A program made the translations under genes and the position numbers. Below, one piece after another: positions 13,272 to 24,200 of a stretch of 64,000 bases of DNA (position 1 is the first letter of the stretch; the number at the start of each line of letters is the position of its first letter). The stretch comes from Takakia lepidozioides (taxonomy: Eukaryota > Plantae > Bryophyta), in NCBI GenBank assembly GCA_030704615.1, contig CM060731.1:10850001-10914000 (forward strand), given 5' to 3'. Below the pieces are notes generated by a model. It was not told where the DNA came from. It saw nothing but the letters and a program-made list of their open reading frames with translations, and did no database searches.

Positions 13272-14820
13272 CATGGATGTCTGCACCCCGTGGTCCTCAC
13301 CAGCTTGCCCCCACTCACTACCTGTACCGTCTTGGTAGGTAGAGAGACCATCAAGGGAAGTGTACTCCGCACTCTGCATTGCTCAGCCATAGCCAATCTG
13401 ATAATCCAGGTCAAGCAATTGAGATCCATCGCTTGCCCCAAGTCCTGACGACATGATGCCTCAGAAAGAGAAGGCACCGCCGTGGTCCCAGTGGAAAAAC
13501 CCATAACCCGCTCGCGCTCATCGGCATTAGGCTCCACTAACTGCTGCAATTGAGCATCCCACAGGAGGCCAGGTCCACTATGCGATCCTGGGAAACTGAG
13601 CAGTGTAGGTAGTGCTGCTCGTGGTTGACCCACCTTGTTGACCGCTACCAAAGGCGAATGGTCATCATGTCTCACACGCTGAGACTGCCTCCCTGTGTCC
13701 AAAATGTTATCCACTGTGAGGTATGCTGGCCGTTGCACCCCATCAAATGCACGCTTGAGCAGTGCGGGTGGCATCAAGTTAGTCCACCATAACCGTGGAC
13801 GATGAGCCCGTGACCCCACTGCAGCTGCATCCAGTAACACTGCTGACCCAAGCCACGACCGGACTTGATGCACATTGGCCATCACCCTGGCCCGAGAATC
13901 GCCCAACAGTGGCACATTCTCCAAGATGTATGTTGGAGATATAACTTGATGAAGCTGTAAGTGGCGCAAAACCCGCACCATCTCCCAAAACAGACCTGAT
14001 CTCGAGTCTCGCAATCCATTGCCATACCCAGCTGATGAATGACGGCATGGATGTCTACACCCTGTGGTCCTTACCGGCTCGCCCCCACTCACACCGTCTC
14101 GATAGGCAGAGAGACCGTCAAGGGAAGTGCATTCTGCACTCTACTTTGCTTAGTCATAGCCAAGCTGATAATCCAGGTCAAACAATTGAGATCCATCGCT
14201 TGCCCCAACACCTGACGACGTGATGCCTCAGAAAGAGAATGCACCGCCGTGGTCCCAGTGGAAAAACCCATAGCCCGCTCTCACTCGTCGGCATTAGGCT
14301 CCACTAACTGTTGTAACTGAGCATCGCACAGGAGGCCAGGTCCACTATCCCGGAAAGCATGCGATCCTGGGAAGCTGAGCAGTATAGGTAGTGTTGCTCG
14401 TGGTTGACCCACCTTGTTGACCGCTTCCAAAGACGAACGGTCATCGTGTCTCACACGCTGGGACTGCCTCCGTGTGTCCAAAATGCTATCCACTGTGAGG
14501 TGTGCTGGCCGCTGTACCCCATCAAATGCACGCTTGAGCAGTGCGGGTGGCATCAAGTTAGTCCACCATAACCGTGGACGATGAGCCCGTGACCCCACTG
14601 CAGCTACATCCAGCAACACTGCTGACCCAAGCCACGACCGGACTTGATGCACACTGGCCATCACCCTGGCCCGAGAATCGCCCAACAGTGGCACATTCTC
14701 CAAGATGTATGTTGGAGATATAACTTGATGAAGCTGTAAGTGGCGCAAAACCCGCACCATCTCCCAAAACAAACCCGATCTCGAGTCTCACAATCCATTG
14801 TCATGCCCCGCTGATGAATG
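13272..14820 (-). repeat. Tandem duplication (~775 bp) of the methyltransferase domain
   Basis: Near-identical blocks 13272-14046 and 14047-14820 (ORFs 13262..14092 and 14281..14772). Confidence 0.95.
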
Positions 14821-14827
14821 CCCTTGG

Positions 14828-16050
14828 GATTGCAGGATATTCAAGGGCATGGGATGGAGGCTTTGCAGAGCTATTCTTGAGCAAATGTTGCAGGAACGGC
14901 GAGGATATGCACAGCGTGGGCTTGGTATAGAGGCTTCGGAGACGTATGAGCAAATAATGCGGGAAGGGGTGAAGCCAGGCCGGGTCACGGTCGTTTGTGT
15001 TTGCAATGCGTGTGCGAGCTTGGCAGCCTTGGAAAAAGATAAAAGGTCCATGGTGACATTGTCAAATTTAGGGTATCCAGAAACAGGTAACAGAGTCATC
15101 TGTGTGGCAGTATTGAGGATACAAAGGGAGTGTTTGAGAATATGGCTGAATGAAAGTCGTGTCGTAGAGTGCGATGATCGCGGGATATGCCCCAGCATGG
15201 ATGCGGGATGGAGGCATTGGAGACCCATGAGCAAATGATGCGGGAAGGGGTAAAGGCAGACTTGGTCAAGTTCGTTTGTAAATGCAATGTGTGTGCGAGC
15301 CTAATTCTTCTTCGACCTGTTTCAGCCTGTTTTTCCCTCTCATTGGACTCGGCTCTTAATTGCTCGGCGGAGCAGAGTTGGCATGAGTTTTTTACAGATC
15401 CTTCACGATGGTGGGACAACCGCGATCGCAAGGTGTGGCTTTTTTTTAATGTACGATGTAAAGAAGTTTGTCCATCCTGCAAATGTGGGCTCTTGGCTCC
15501 TGTAGGCTGTTAGTACCATGATGTGGTATTCTTCCTGATGTTTACAAGGTTCTTGGGAGAGTCAGCTTGGTCTTAGCAGTCCATGTTTCAATCGACTCCC
15601 GCTCAGCTGCACCGTGGCGGTTCTCACAGACCAATCCGACATTACATGACTACAAACGCAAGCAACACACACAAGAGGTCCTCTTGGGTTCATGGTCAGT
15701 CAAATCCTCCATGGGTCATGACACAAGGTCGAGGACAATGTGGTGAGGGCACCTTCTCCTTCGACCTATTTCAGCCTTTTTTTGCCCTCTCATCAGACTC
15801 GGCCTTGTATTTGCAGCACGGAGCAGAGTTGGCATGAGTTTTTAAAAGCCTTCGCGATGGTGGGACAACCGCAATCACAAGGTGTGGTTTTTTCTTAATG
15901 TACCATGTGAAGAAGTCAGTCCATCCTACAAATGTGGGCTCTTGGCTCCTGTTATGATTTGGTATTATTCCTAATGTTTACAAGGTTCTTGGGAGAGTCA
16001 GCTTGGTCTTAGCAGGCCGTGTTTCAATCTCTGCCCACAAAGCTGCACCG
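14828..16050 (+). pseudogene. Second decayed PPR/PDF locus: PPR fragments followed by two PDF-motif exon/intron modules
   Basis: PPR pieces at 14828-15300. EQSWHEFFTDPSRWWDNRDRK, then GT..AG intron, then TNPTL.DYK.K..WVHGQSNPPWV. A second module starts at ~15760. Paralogous to 920-1300. Confidence 0.8.
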
Positions 16051-16095
16051 TGGTGAATGTCTGCTGGAAGCAGATGCAAGTCAGCATAGGAATGT

Positions 16096-17282
16096 GGGTG
16101 CATCGAGCTCAGGGCAAAGAGGTGCATGGGGATATCATCAAAGCTGGAATTGTACCAAATGTCATTCTGAACACTGCCCTGGCAGCTCTGGAAAGGGGGG
16201 AAGAGGTCTATGGCAACATCTTCAGAGCTGGAATTGTACCAATTGTCATTCTGAACAATATCCAGGTGGACATGTATGCAAAATGTGGGTGCATCGAGCC
16301 CTAGACAAGGGCAAAGAGGTGCATGGGGATATCATCAAAGCTGGAATTGTACCAAATGTCATTCTGAACACTGCCCTGGCAGCTCTGGAAAAGGGGAAAG
16401 AGGTCCATGGCGACATCTTCAGAGCTGGAATTGTACCAAATGTCATTATGAACAATATCCAGGTGGACATGTATGCAAAATGTGGGTGCATCGAGCCCTA
16501 GACAAGGGCAAAGAGGTGCATGGGGATATCATCAAAGCTGGAGTTGTACCAATTGTCATTCTGAACACTGCCCTGGCAGCTCTGGAAAAGGGGAAAGAGG
16601 TCCATGGCGACATCTTCAGAGCTGGAATTGTACCAAATGTCATTATGAACAATATCCTGGTGGACATGTATGCAAAATGTGGGTGCATCGATCCCTAGAC
16701 AAGGGCAAAGAGGGGCATGGGGATATCATCAAAGCTGGAATTGTACCAATTGTCATTCTGAACACTGCCCTGGCAGCTCTGGAAAAGGGGAAAGAGGTCC
16801 ATGGCGACATCTTCAGAGCTGGAATTGTACCAAATGTCATTCTGGACAATACCCTGGTGGACATCTGTGCAAAATGTGGGTGCATCGAGCCCTAAACAAG
16901 GGCAAAGAGGTGCATGGGGATATCATCAAAGTTGGAATTGTACCAAATGTCATTCTGAACACTGCCCTGTCAGCTCTGGAAAAGGGGAAAGAGGTCCATG
17001 GCGACATCTTCAGAGCTGGAATTGTACCAAATGTCATTATGAACAATACCCTGGTGGACATGTATGCAAAATGTGGGTGCATCGAGCCCTGGACAAGGGC
17101 AAAGAGGTGCATGGGGATATCATCAAAGTTGGAATTGTACCAAATGTCATTCTGAACACTACCTTGGCAGCTAGATGAAAAAGGGGAAAGAGGCCCATGG
17201 CGACATCTTCAGAGCTGGAATTGTACCAAATGTCATTCTGAACAATACCAAGGTTGACATGTATGCAAAATGTGGGTGCATC
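16096..17282 (+). repeat. Tandem array of six 197-bp units derived from PPR L/S motifs
   Basis: AGGGCAAAGAGG recurs at 16111, 16308, 16505, 16702, 16899 and 17096. Each unit encodes [51 protein letters not shown]. Confidence 0.95.
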
Positions 17283-18279
17283 TCTGTTTTCACCTCAAGA
17301 GAGGAAAAATGTCAGTTTGCTTGCTACGAGCATACTACTATAAAAACATTTGGCTGTCTTTGCCTCTAATGTATACCTGTTCTGAAGACATTGTCCATGG
17401 CTGAGTCTGGTTCAATTGCTTTTCAAGCAAGGAGAGCTTTGCCCACTCGCGGAGCCTCTCAACCATCTGCACACTCATTATCAATACAAGCAGTCAGCCA
17501 TCAGATGGACTAGTATGATTCAAATAAACTGTGACGATCAAGAGGAGACAACCGGAATCACAAACTCATGAATTCATTGATTTCGAAGTCTAATAAGTAA
17601 ATGGGTAAGCTGCAATCAACAACCCCTCTTTTATGTTTTCTTTCACATACATGAACACCACTCTTACTCTTTAGTCTAATACAACGGTAGAAGTTTCCTT
17701 AGTGCGTTTTGTTCCACCTGAATATCACACGTGTTTGACAACAGCCAGACAAAATCTATTGCACCAGGGTACTGATGGTTTTAGAGAATTAAGTCAATTC
17801 CATAGAGAGATTCACACCCGCCGGGATAGGTTAATCCCAGAAACCCATGGCTGCAAGCAAAGCATTAAAAAAGGTACCGAGGAGGGACATACTGCCAACC
17901 AGACGCACTACAATTCAGAGCTTTGATTTACTGCTCCAGATTGCAGCACTGGATGTCTTCAATGCATTCTGAGTGTATTAGGTCTTTAATTAAAATATGT
18001 AACCACTGGTTGGTTTATTCAGTAGGCTGTTTATGTGGTATCCTTCACTAATGTGATTTAGGTCAATTTGTGAGTGTCATGTAACTCTTTCAACAATATG
18101 AACTAGAAACATGTCGTCCCGTAGACATGTCTTTGTATTTGGAAGGTGAAATTCATTGAAGCTACAGAGGACCCCTGGAATATAGGAGGTAGGTATTATA
18201 GTTTTTTGCAACTATTACAACCACCAAGAATTATGTCTCCATTCTTTCAGTCAACATAAACTAGGTTAAGAATACGGTA

Positions 18280-19007
18280 ATGGTAGTGCAGGAGCTGGAG
18301 GAGTTCACTCAAGCACATCCACGATTTTGGGACTTATACAGTTTTCCTTCCTACCATCAGGTACGGTTCTTGCATTTCCTCCTTTGTACTCAGATTGTAC
18401 CAATGACCTATATGTATGAAAGAGAACTATTTTTTCTCAATGTCTGGCTGACAGCTTATCAGAAAGACGTTTGTGTTTCATTGATCTTGATTACTATAGC
18501 TGAATTGAGGTGAAAGTTGGCACACCCACACTTCATACTATTTCTCCCTTCCTTGAAGTTTCGAGCAATCCACTTCAGAATGAAATCGCATGAGAATTTC
18601 CAACAATTTTTGCAGGCCTCTTCTCTCTTGAATAACTCTATTTTGAGGTGCCTCTGTCATATGGTTCCACATGGTGCGTTATGCAGAAAATGAATACAAC
18701 ACTGATCGTCTTCTACTCCAAGTAGCCCTAGTTTGATCTTCACCGGGAGTTGGAAAAGCCCATTGGAGATATTGTATGTTGGGAGACATAGAACGCACTT
18801 AATGTGCACAAGAGGAGAGAACATGTGCTTGTGGAGTTTGTGTTGATCAGGAGTGACATTGCATTGGGCTGACAGGACTGGATAGTGTCAAAGAGAGGGT
18901 ATACTAGCTGTCCAGAAAGATTGGTGGCTCTCGACTGTGAAATGGTGCAGTGTGAAGGGGGTAACGATGAGGTTGTTTGTTTATGTGCTGTAGATCGTGA
19001 TTGCAAT
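18280..19007 (+). pseudogene. SDN: Small RNA degrading nuclease (SDN1-3-like DEDDh exonuclease) two-exon fragment
   Basis: Exon HPRFWDLYSFPSYHQ|gt at 18360. Exon 18876-19007 reads DWIVSKRG..LVALDCEMVQCEGGNDEVVCLCAVDRDCN|gtaagc. Remaining exons not found. Confidence 0.7.
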
Positions 19008-19719
19008 GTAAGCAAAACAATTGACCTTGTATCTGTTCCTTTTCCGTTTTGGTCCTCTCAAGTGGTTAGTATCCCAAGGTTCATGATATCTATGATTTGG
19101 AGAGAGGAAAGGTTGACTCCCCTGTAGGTGGGTTTACTTGGCATGGTGGCCCAGCTCTCACGACAGACATTATGTGCCTTGTTTGTTTCCCAATACTGGC
19201 TGTGAGTGCATGCTGAATGATGTAGGCCTACCTGACCAGATGTTTCCCTTTGGCAGCTTGGAAACCACTCGATATGTGTCAATGATCACCATAATGTTAT
19301 CAACCGAGGAGTTGGACAAGGAGTCAACTAGGTATGTTCTTATCATTTTATTTTCTTTGGTGCAACCACAACCTGTTGTTACACGAAACATCTCAGATTT
19401 GCTGCAAGTTGAACATGCGAAGGTAGTGATTCTCAAGAGGAGAGATATGGAGGGTGCTACCACACATAAGTGATGTTTATTTCTGACAGTTGCAGGCTTC
19501 TTGTGATGAATTTGGAATGCAGGTATCAACCTCTTTCGCGGTAGGCTCATCTTTCTCGATCTGAGCCTCACCGCGTCTAGCTATGGCGCCGTAGTGTGGA
19601 TTCCCCATGGCGTAGGGTGCACTTGGCTTGTCTTAATATATGAGTGATGTTTTCATGTGCAAGTGTGTGAGCTTGAGAGAGCTTGTATACTTGTATCATT
19701 CCTTCCTTATCATTGTGAT

Positions 19720-19895
19720 GGACTAGTGGCAACCTAATGGTGGACTAGTGGTTGCACTAGTGACAAGACTAGTGGTGGCTAGTGGCAGCCTAGTGCTGGA
19801 CTAGTGGCTGCACTAGTGGTGGCTAGTAGCAGCCTAGTGGTTGGACTAGTGGCAGCCTAGTGGTGCACTAGTGGTGCATTAGTGATAGACTAGTG
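19720..19895. repeat. Degenerate CTAGTGG-motif minisatellite
   Basis: About 15 copies of CTAGTG(G) at 10-12 bp spacing. Confidence 0.85.
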
Positions 19896-21271
19896 TTTGG
19901 TGTGCACATGTGTTGTGTGGTTTTGGACAGCGATGTAGTTGTGTAGCGATATGTATGCGTTCGACATGGAACGCAATAGCCCTTGTGGTGAAGAGACACC
20001 ATAATTTACGCTCCATTTGGGAGGCGTATATATATATTTTTTTTGCCTCATTGTAGGAACACTTGTTGGCATATCTATGACTGGTCGTAATTTTTATTGT
20101 TTTATTTTTATTTATTTTACTATGGAACAGGGCTATTAAAATTAAAATTAAAAAAAAAAAAAAAACAGGGACAGAGGCCTTGGAAATATATTAGAAGAAG
20201 TGGAATAAAGAACCACCCTGGCCCGTGAAGGCTTACAGCCACCCTAGTGACAAAATATTGATTATTCATGACCATCCAAAATTTACAATTTTTTTTGTGT
20301 TTTCCAGTGAATGCCACAATTGGTCCCATGTACTCGAAAATCTTTGTTAGCTATCTTTGTTGTAATTTCCAAGGGAATGGGCATATCCGCCCTACACCTG
20401 AGTGCCGGTCAACAAGCCTTGCAATGTGACCCTGGGCACTCAACCCATTTTGGGTTTCAGTTTCAATCTTGGATTGATCAGAATCTTCTCAATCTCTCCC
20501 CCCAACTTATTGCATGGCAGGGAGCCTCTGCAGAATATAAGTGGTGATCCCGGCCGTTGGTTATTTCTAGTTAATGTGCGACACGGATGGATAGTCAGGA
20601 ATCCACCACAAACCGTCGATTTACAGAGAATGTAAGGCTGAGATTGAGCACAGATTCAACAGCCCAGTTTCAGCCGACGCACATGTTTCAACAACTTCGA
20701 AGGGCAGTTACGGCCACACAATCCCACCCGTGCGCTTTGTAGCCACACATTCCGTCCAAAACTGCAAGGCTCGGGATCCCCGCCTTGAGCCGGCTCCTCT
20801 AGTTACATGCTCCCGCGCCGGGCACTTCCGGTTTCCGGGCTACGGCGACCCCATTTAGCCGGTCTCCCAGTGGTCGTAGATGAAGACGGGGGTCGAGGCG
20901 GGAAAGGGACCGGCAATTACCGGTCATAATATTCGCAAAGTAGCGGAAGAGGAAGGGAGGGGCACCACACAAGCTGTCCGTCTTGATTGCTCGATTAAGA
21001 GTCTATAGTGTTGAATCTGTGAAGGTGGAAGGGATGTACAAACCGAACAGTGTAAATCTATGGGCATCTGGCATGGAAATGCTTTCCGGTTTGAGAATCG
21101 CTGCGTATTTCACTCCAAATGTCACCATCTACAGTACGCTGATGAAATTTCTGTAGCACCGACGTAAATTGAGAAGCGCTTGTTGACTATTACTGGAATT
21201 CGGCAGTTTCAGGGACGCAGCAAGGAGGTTTTCTTTCCCTCAGCCGGCACCGGTTGCTCAACATTGTAGCA

Positions 21272-24200
21272 ATGGCGTGTCTGTCTATCCGCATGTCCGC
21301 TACCTACCCCTCCCTTGGCCATTCTGGATCACATTGTCTATCGTCTTCTTCCTCCGACAGCTCATATGTAACATGTCCGAGATTGGCTGCAATCTGTAAC
21401 CCCTTCAGTAAGAAGAGCCTCTCTCTGGCTTCAAACATTCTTGTTTCTCGCTCTCCTTGTTCTAGATCAGCTCTGCCTCCTCTGTATGCAATCACAAGCA
21501 AAGCATCTGAGGGTTTCGTAAGCACGGCATTGAAGAAAGAGACACAATTGGAGACAGAACCAATCTTATTATGGAACAGGTACCTGGATTGGTTGTACCA
21601 GCACAAGGAATTAGGGCTGTATCTCGATGTAAGTCGGGTTGGATTCACACAAGACTTTTACGAGGCCATGGAACCACGGTTTGAGCATGCATTTCGAGCC
21701 ATGGCAGACCTTGAGGCCGGCGCGATTTCCAACCCTGACGAGGGACGCATGGTGGGACACTACTGGCTGCGGAAGCCCGAGCTGGCCCCTACCCCCTACC
21801 TGCAAAAGATAATTGTCGACACACTGACTGCTGTCCAACAATTTGCTGCTGATGTTATCAGCGGAAAGGTGACACATCATAATCTCTGGACCAATTCACG
21901 TTGTACATTTAATGGGCCAGATACTCCCAATCAAAGAAATTGATCGATTGAATACAGGAGGTCCTCAATTTACTCTGATTTATTTCAATTACAGATGATC
22001 TTAATAAGATGTAATACCTGCTCCAAGAAGTCTTGGAACTGTATCTTGCAAGCCTCAGTAGGCAACATGCTCATTACGATGGACCTGTAAGGCAAGGAAT
22101 ATTATGAGGGTCTCATTGAGTTGTACAGAGACCAATCACATCACTTAGATATAATTCAAACCTCGCGAAATTCATGACGGGATCTAAGCTTTATAAAACT
22201 TTACCCGTGGTACATTCCTTTCCCATGAATTGCAGTTGATGTCATCTAGCTGGTCTCTATGACCTAGATGCTGTTCAGGTTTCTCCAGCAACGTGATGCT
22301 AGTGTTAATTCGTCGTTTTCCTATATAAGCGTGAAGAAAAGCATGAATGCCTTTGATAAAGTGAAGCATAAACAGAGGAGGACTACACAGTTTGGCGGAG
22401 GGAAAGGGTCCAGCAGTAATTGTTCAGATTAGGCCCAAATACAGCCCTGGATTACAGCTGACCATTTGTTAAGCATTATATGGTTCTCTTTGAAGTGTCC
22501 ATTCTGGATGACATGCTCTGTGTTATGTTGGATGTTCAGATCAAACCACCTCCCTGTCCTGTAGACCGTTTCACCCAAGTCCTGTCTGTTGGGATTGGAG
22601 GCTCTGCCTTGGGTCCCCAATTTGTCGCGGAGGCTTTGGCCCCTGATAATCCACCTTTGAAGGTATGTTCATCTTCTTCAGTCCTGGCACCTTTTCCCAC
22701 AAAAATGGTGAAAGAAGACAGACAGGCAGAGAAGCACTACACCAGGAGGGGACTCAGGGTCATGTGGAGAAAATAAGAATAAAAATACATTTATTATGGC
22801 TTTTAGGGGGGCCATTGCCGGTGAAACACTCAGTAGGACTAAAACAAGGGAGGAATGGAATATATTGATCATCAACTTTTAGTCGAGTTTGGATAGAACA
22901 GAGGGGGAATGGGTGCAGGCCAGCATGTCAGCGTGGGTGCAATTTTTCCATGGCAAGTCCTGTTAATTGTCTGAACATGTGTGGTAGTGAGCACAAATCA
23001 GTAGCAATGACTCACTGTAAGAGGAGAATCACCTGCTGGGTTTTAACTGGGTGGGTTGGGGACAATATTTGAGGCCATGCGCCACTGGAAAGGTGTCACT
23101 GATCAGTCCTTAAAGGACCAAAATTGATATCTTTTGCAATGCCAAAATCAGCACCAAAATCTGTTGCTGATACTCTAAACAGCAAAACCCATTCTATTTT
23201 GTTGATGAATCTCTGCTTGGGGCACAGATACGCTTCATTGACAACACAGATCCAGCAGGTATTGACCATCAGATTGCTCAGCTTGGGCCGGAGCTTTCTT
23301 CAACCCTTGTTGTCGTGATCTCAAAGGTGTGTCTTCATTCAATTTTTCTGCGCCGCTTTTAATCTCCTTTCCTGCTTGTGTAGAGGGACTAAATGTGTGC
23401 TCCCTAAGCATAAGATGAGACAATGATAAACTCGTAAAGGTAGCATCCTTTCTCTTTCTCTCTCTCTCCCTCTCTCAGAACTGTGTTTATCTGTCTGTTC
23501 TCCTTCCTCCATGTTGAGAATGTATGTGGTGGAAGCTTTTTGGAAACAGACAATAACCTTTTCCAGTAATTTGTGGCGTTTCTGTAGAGTGGGGGAACAC
23601 CAGAGACACGCAATGGCTTGTTGGAGGTGCAGAAGGCCTTTCGTGACAAGGGCCTTGACTTTGCAAAGCAGGTTGGGGCACCATGACTGCTGAGATATGC
23701 TTCAGTGTCTCATTTATAAAAATCACACTAGTGATGAAAAGTAACTTCCACCTGCTCCATGAAATTTTTGAAGTTGTCGAATGTCATCTTGTGGGTTGTG
23801 TTTTGTGCCAGCTGGTAGGTAGCTTTGCCAGTAGCCTTTGTAAACTTTGCTTGGAAGGTTTATGGTGCTTTGTACAGCTAGCAAATAATTTGGAATTTCG
23901 CCTGGAGCTGTAAAGTGTTTCTTCTACAGAGATGTTGAATCTCTTTCAAAAGATTTCTATTAATCCAGACCTTTACAGGGTGTGGCCATTACACAAGAGA
24001 ACTCTTTGCTTGACAACACTGCTAAACTTGAGGGCTGGCTGGCGAGGTTCCCCATGTTCGATTGGGTGGGGGGTCGCACATCGGAGATGTCTGCTGTTGG
24101 ATTGCTCCCTGCTGCACTTCAGGTGATTTGTAGGTTTGAATTCAGTATATGGATTTTGTCAACCTAAAACAAGATGGAAGACAGGTTCTGAGTGGCCTCA

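Larger units (their letters stand above)
10600..14827 (-). mobile_element. Decayed Ty3/gypsy retrotransposon internal region: MTase-MTase-RT-RNase H-integrase
   Basis: MTase motifs QGHS.AG.G.GL.D.RSGLFWE, YILENV and AHRPRLWWTN. RT motifs RMCGDYRPIN, DLRSGYHQL, PFGLKNAPAEFQR, YIDD. RNase H motifs VVAYASRSNN, TDH, KLARWALIL. Integrase H..LGH..C..C, WSLDF, LTDQGREF, HPEANGLAER. No LTRs recognised. Confidence 0.9.

Noticed and set aside
16096-17282. CRISPR-like array or long PPR CDS
   Set aside because: There are no unique spacers, and the 197-bp period breaks the frame. The ORFs listed there are artefacts of the repeat.
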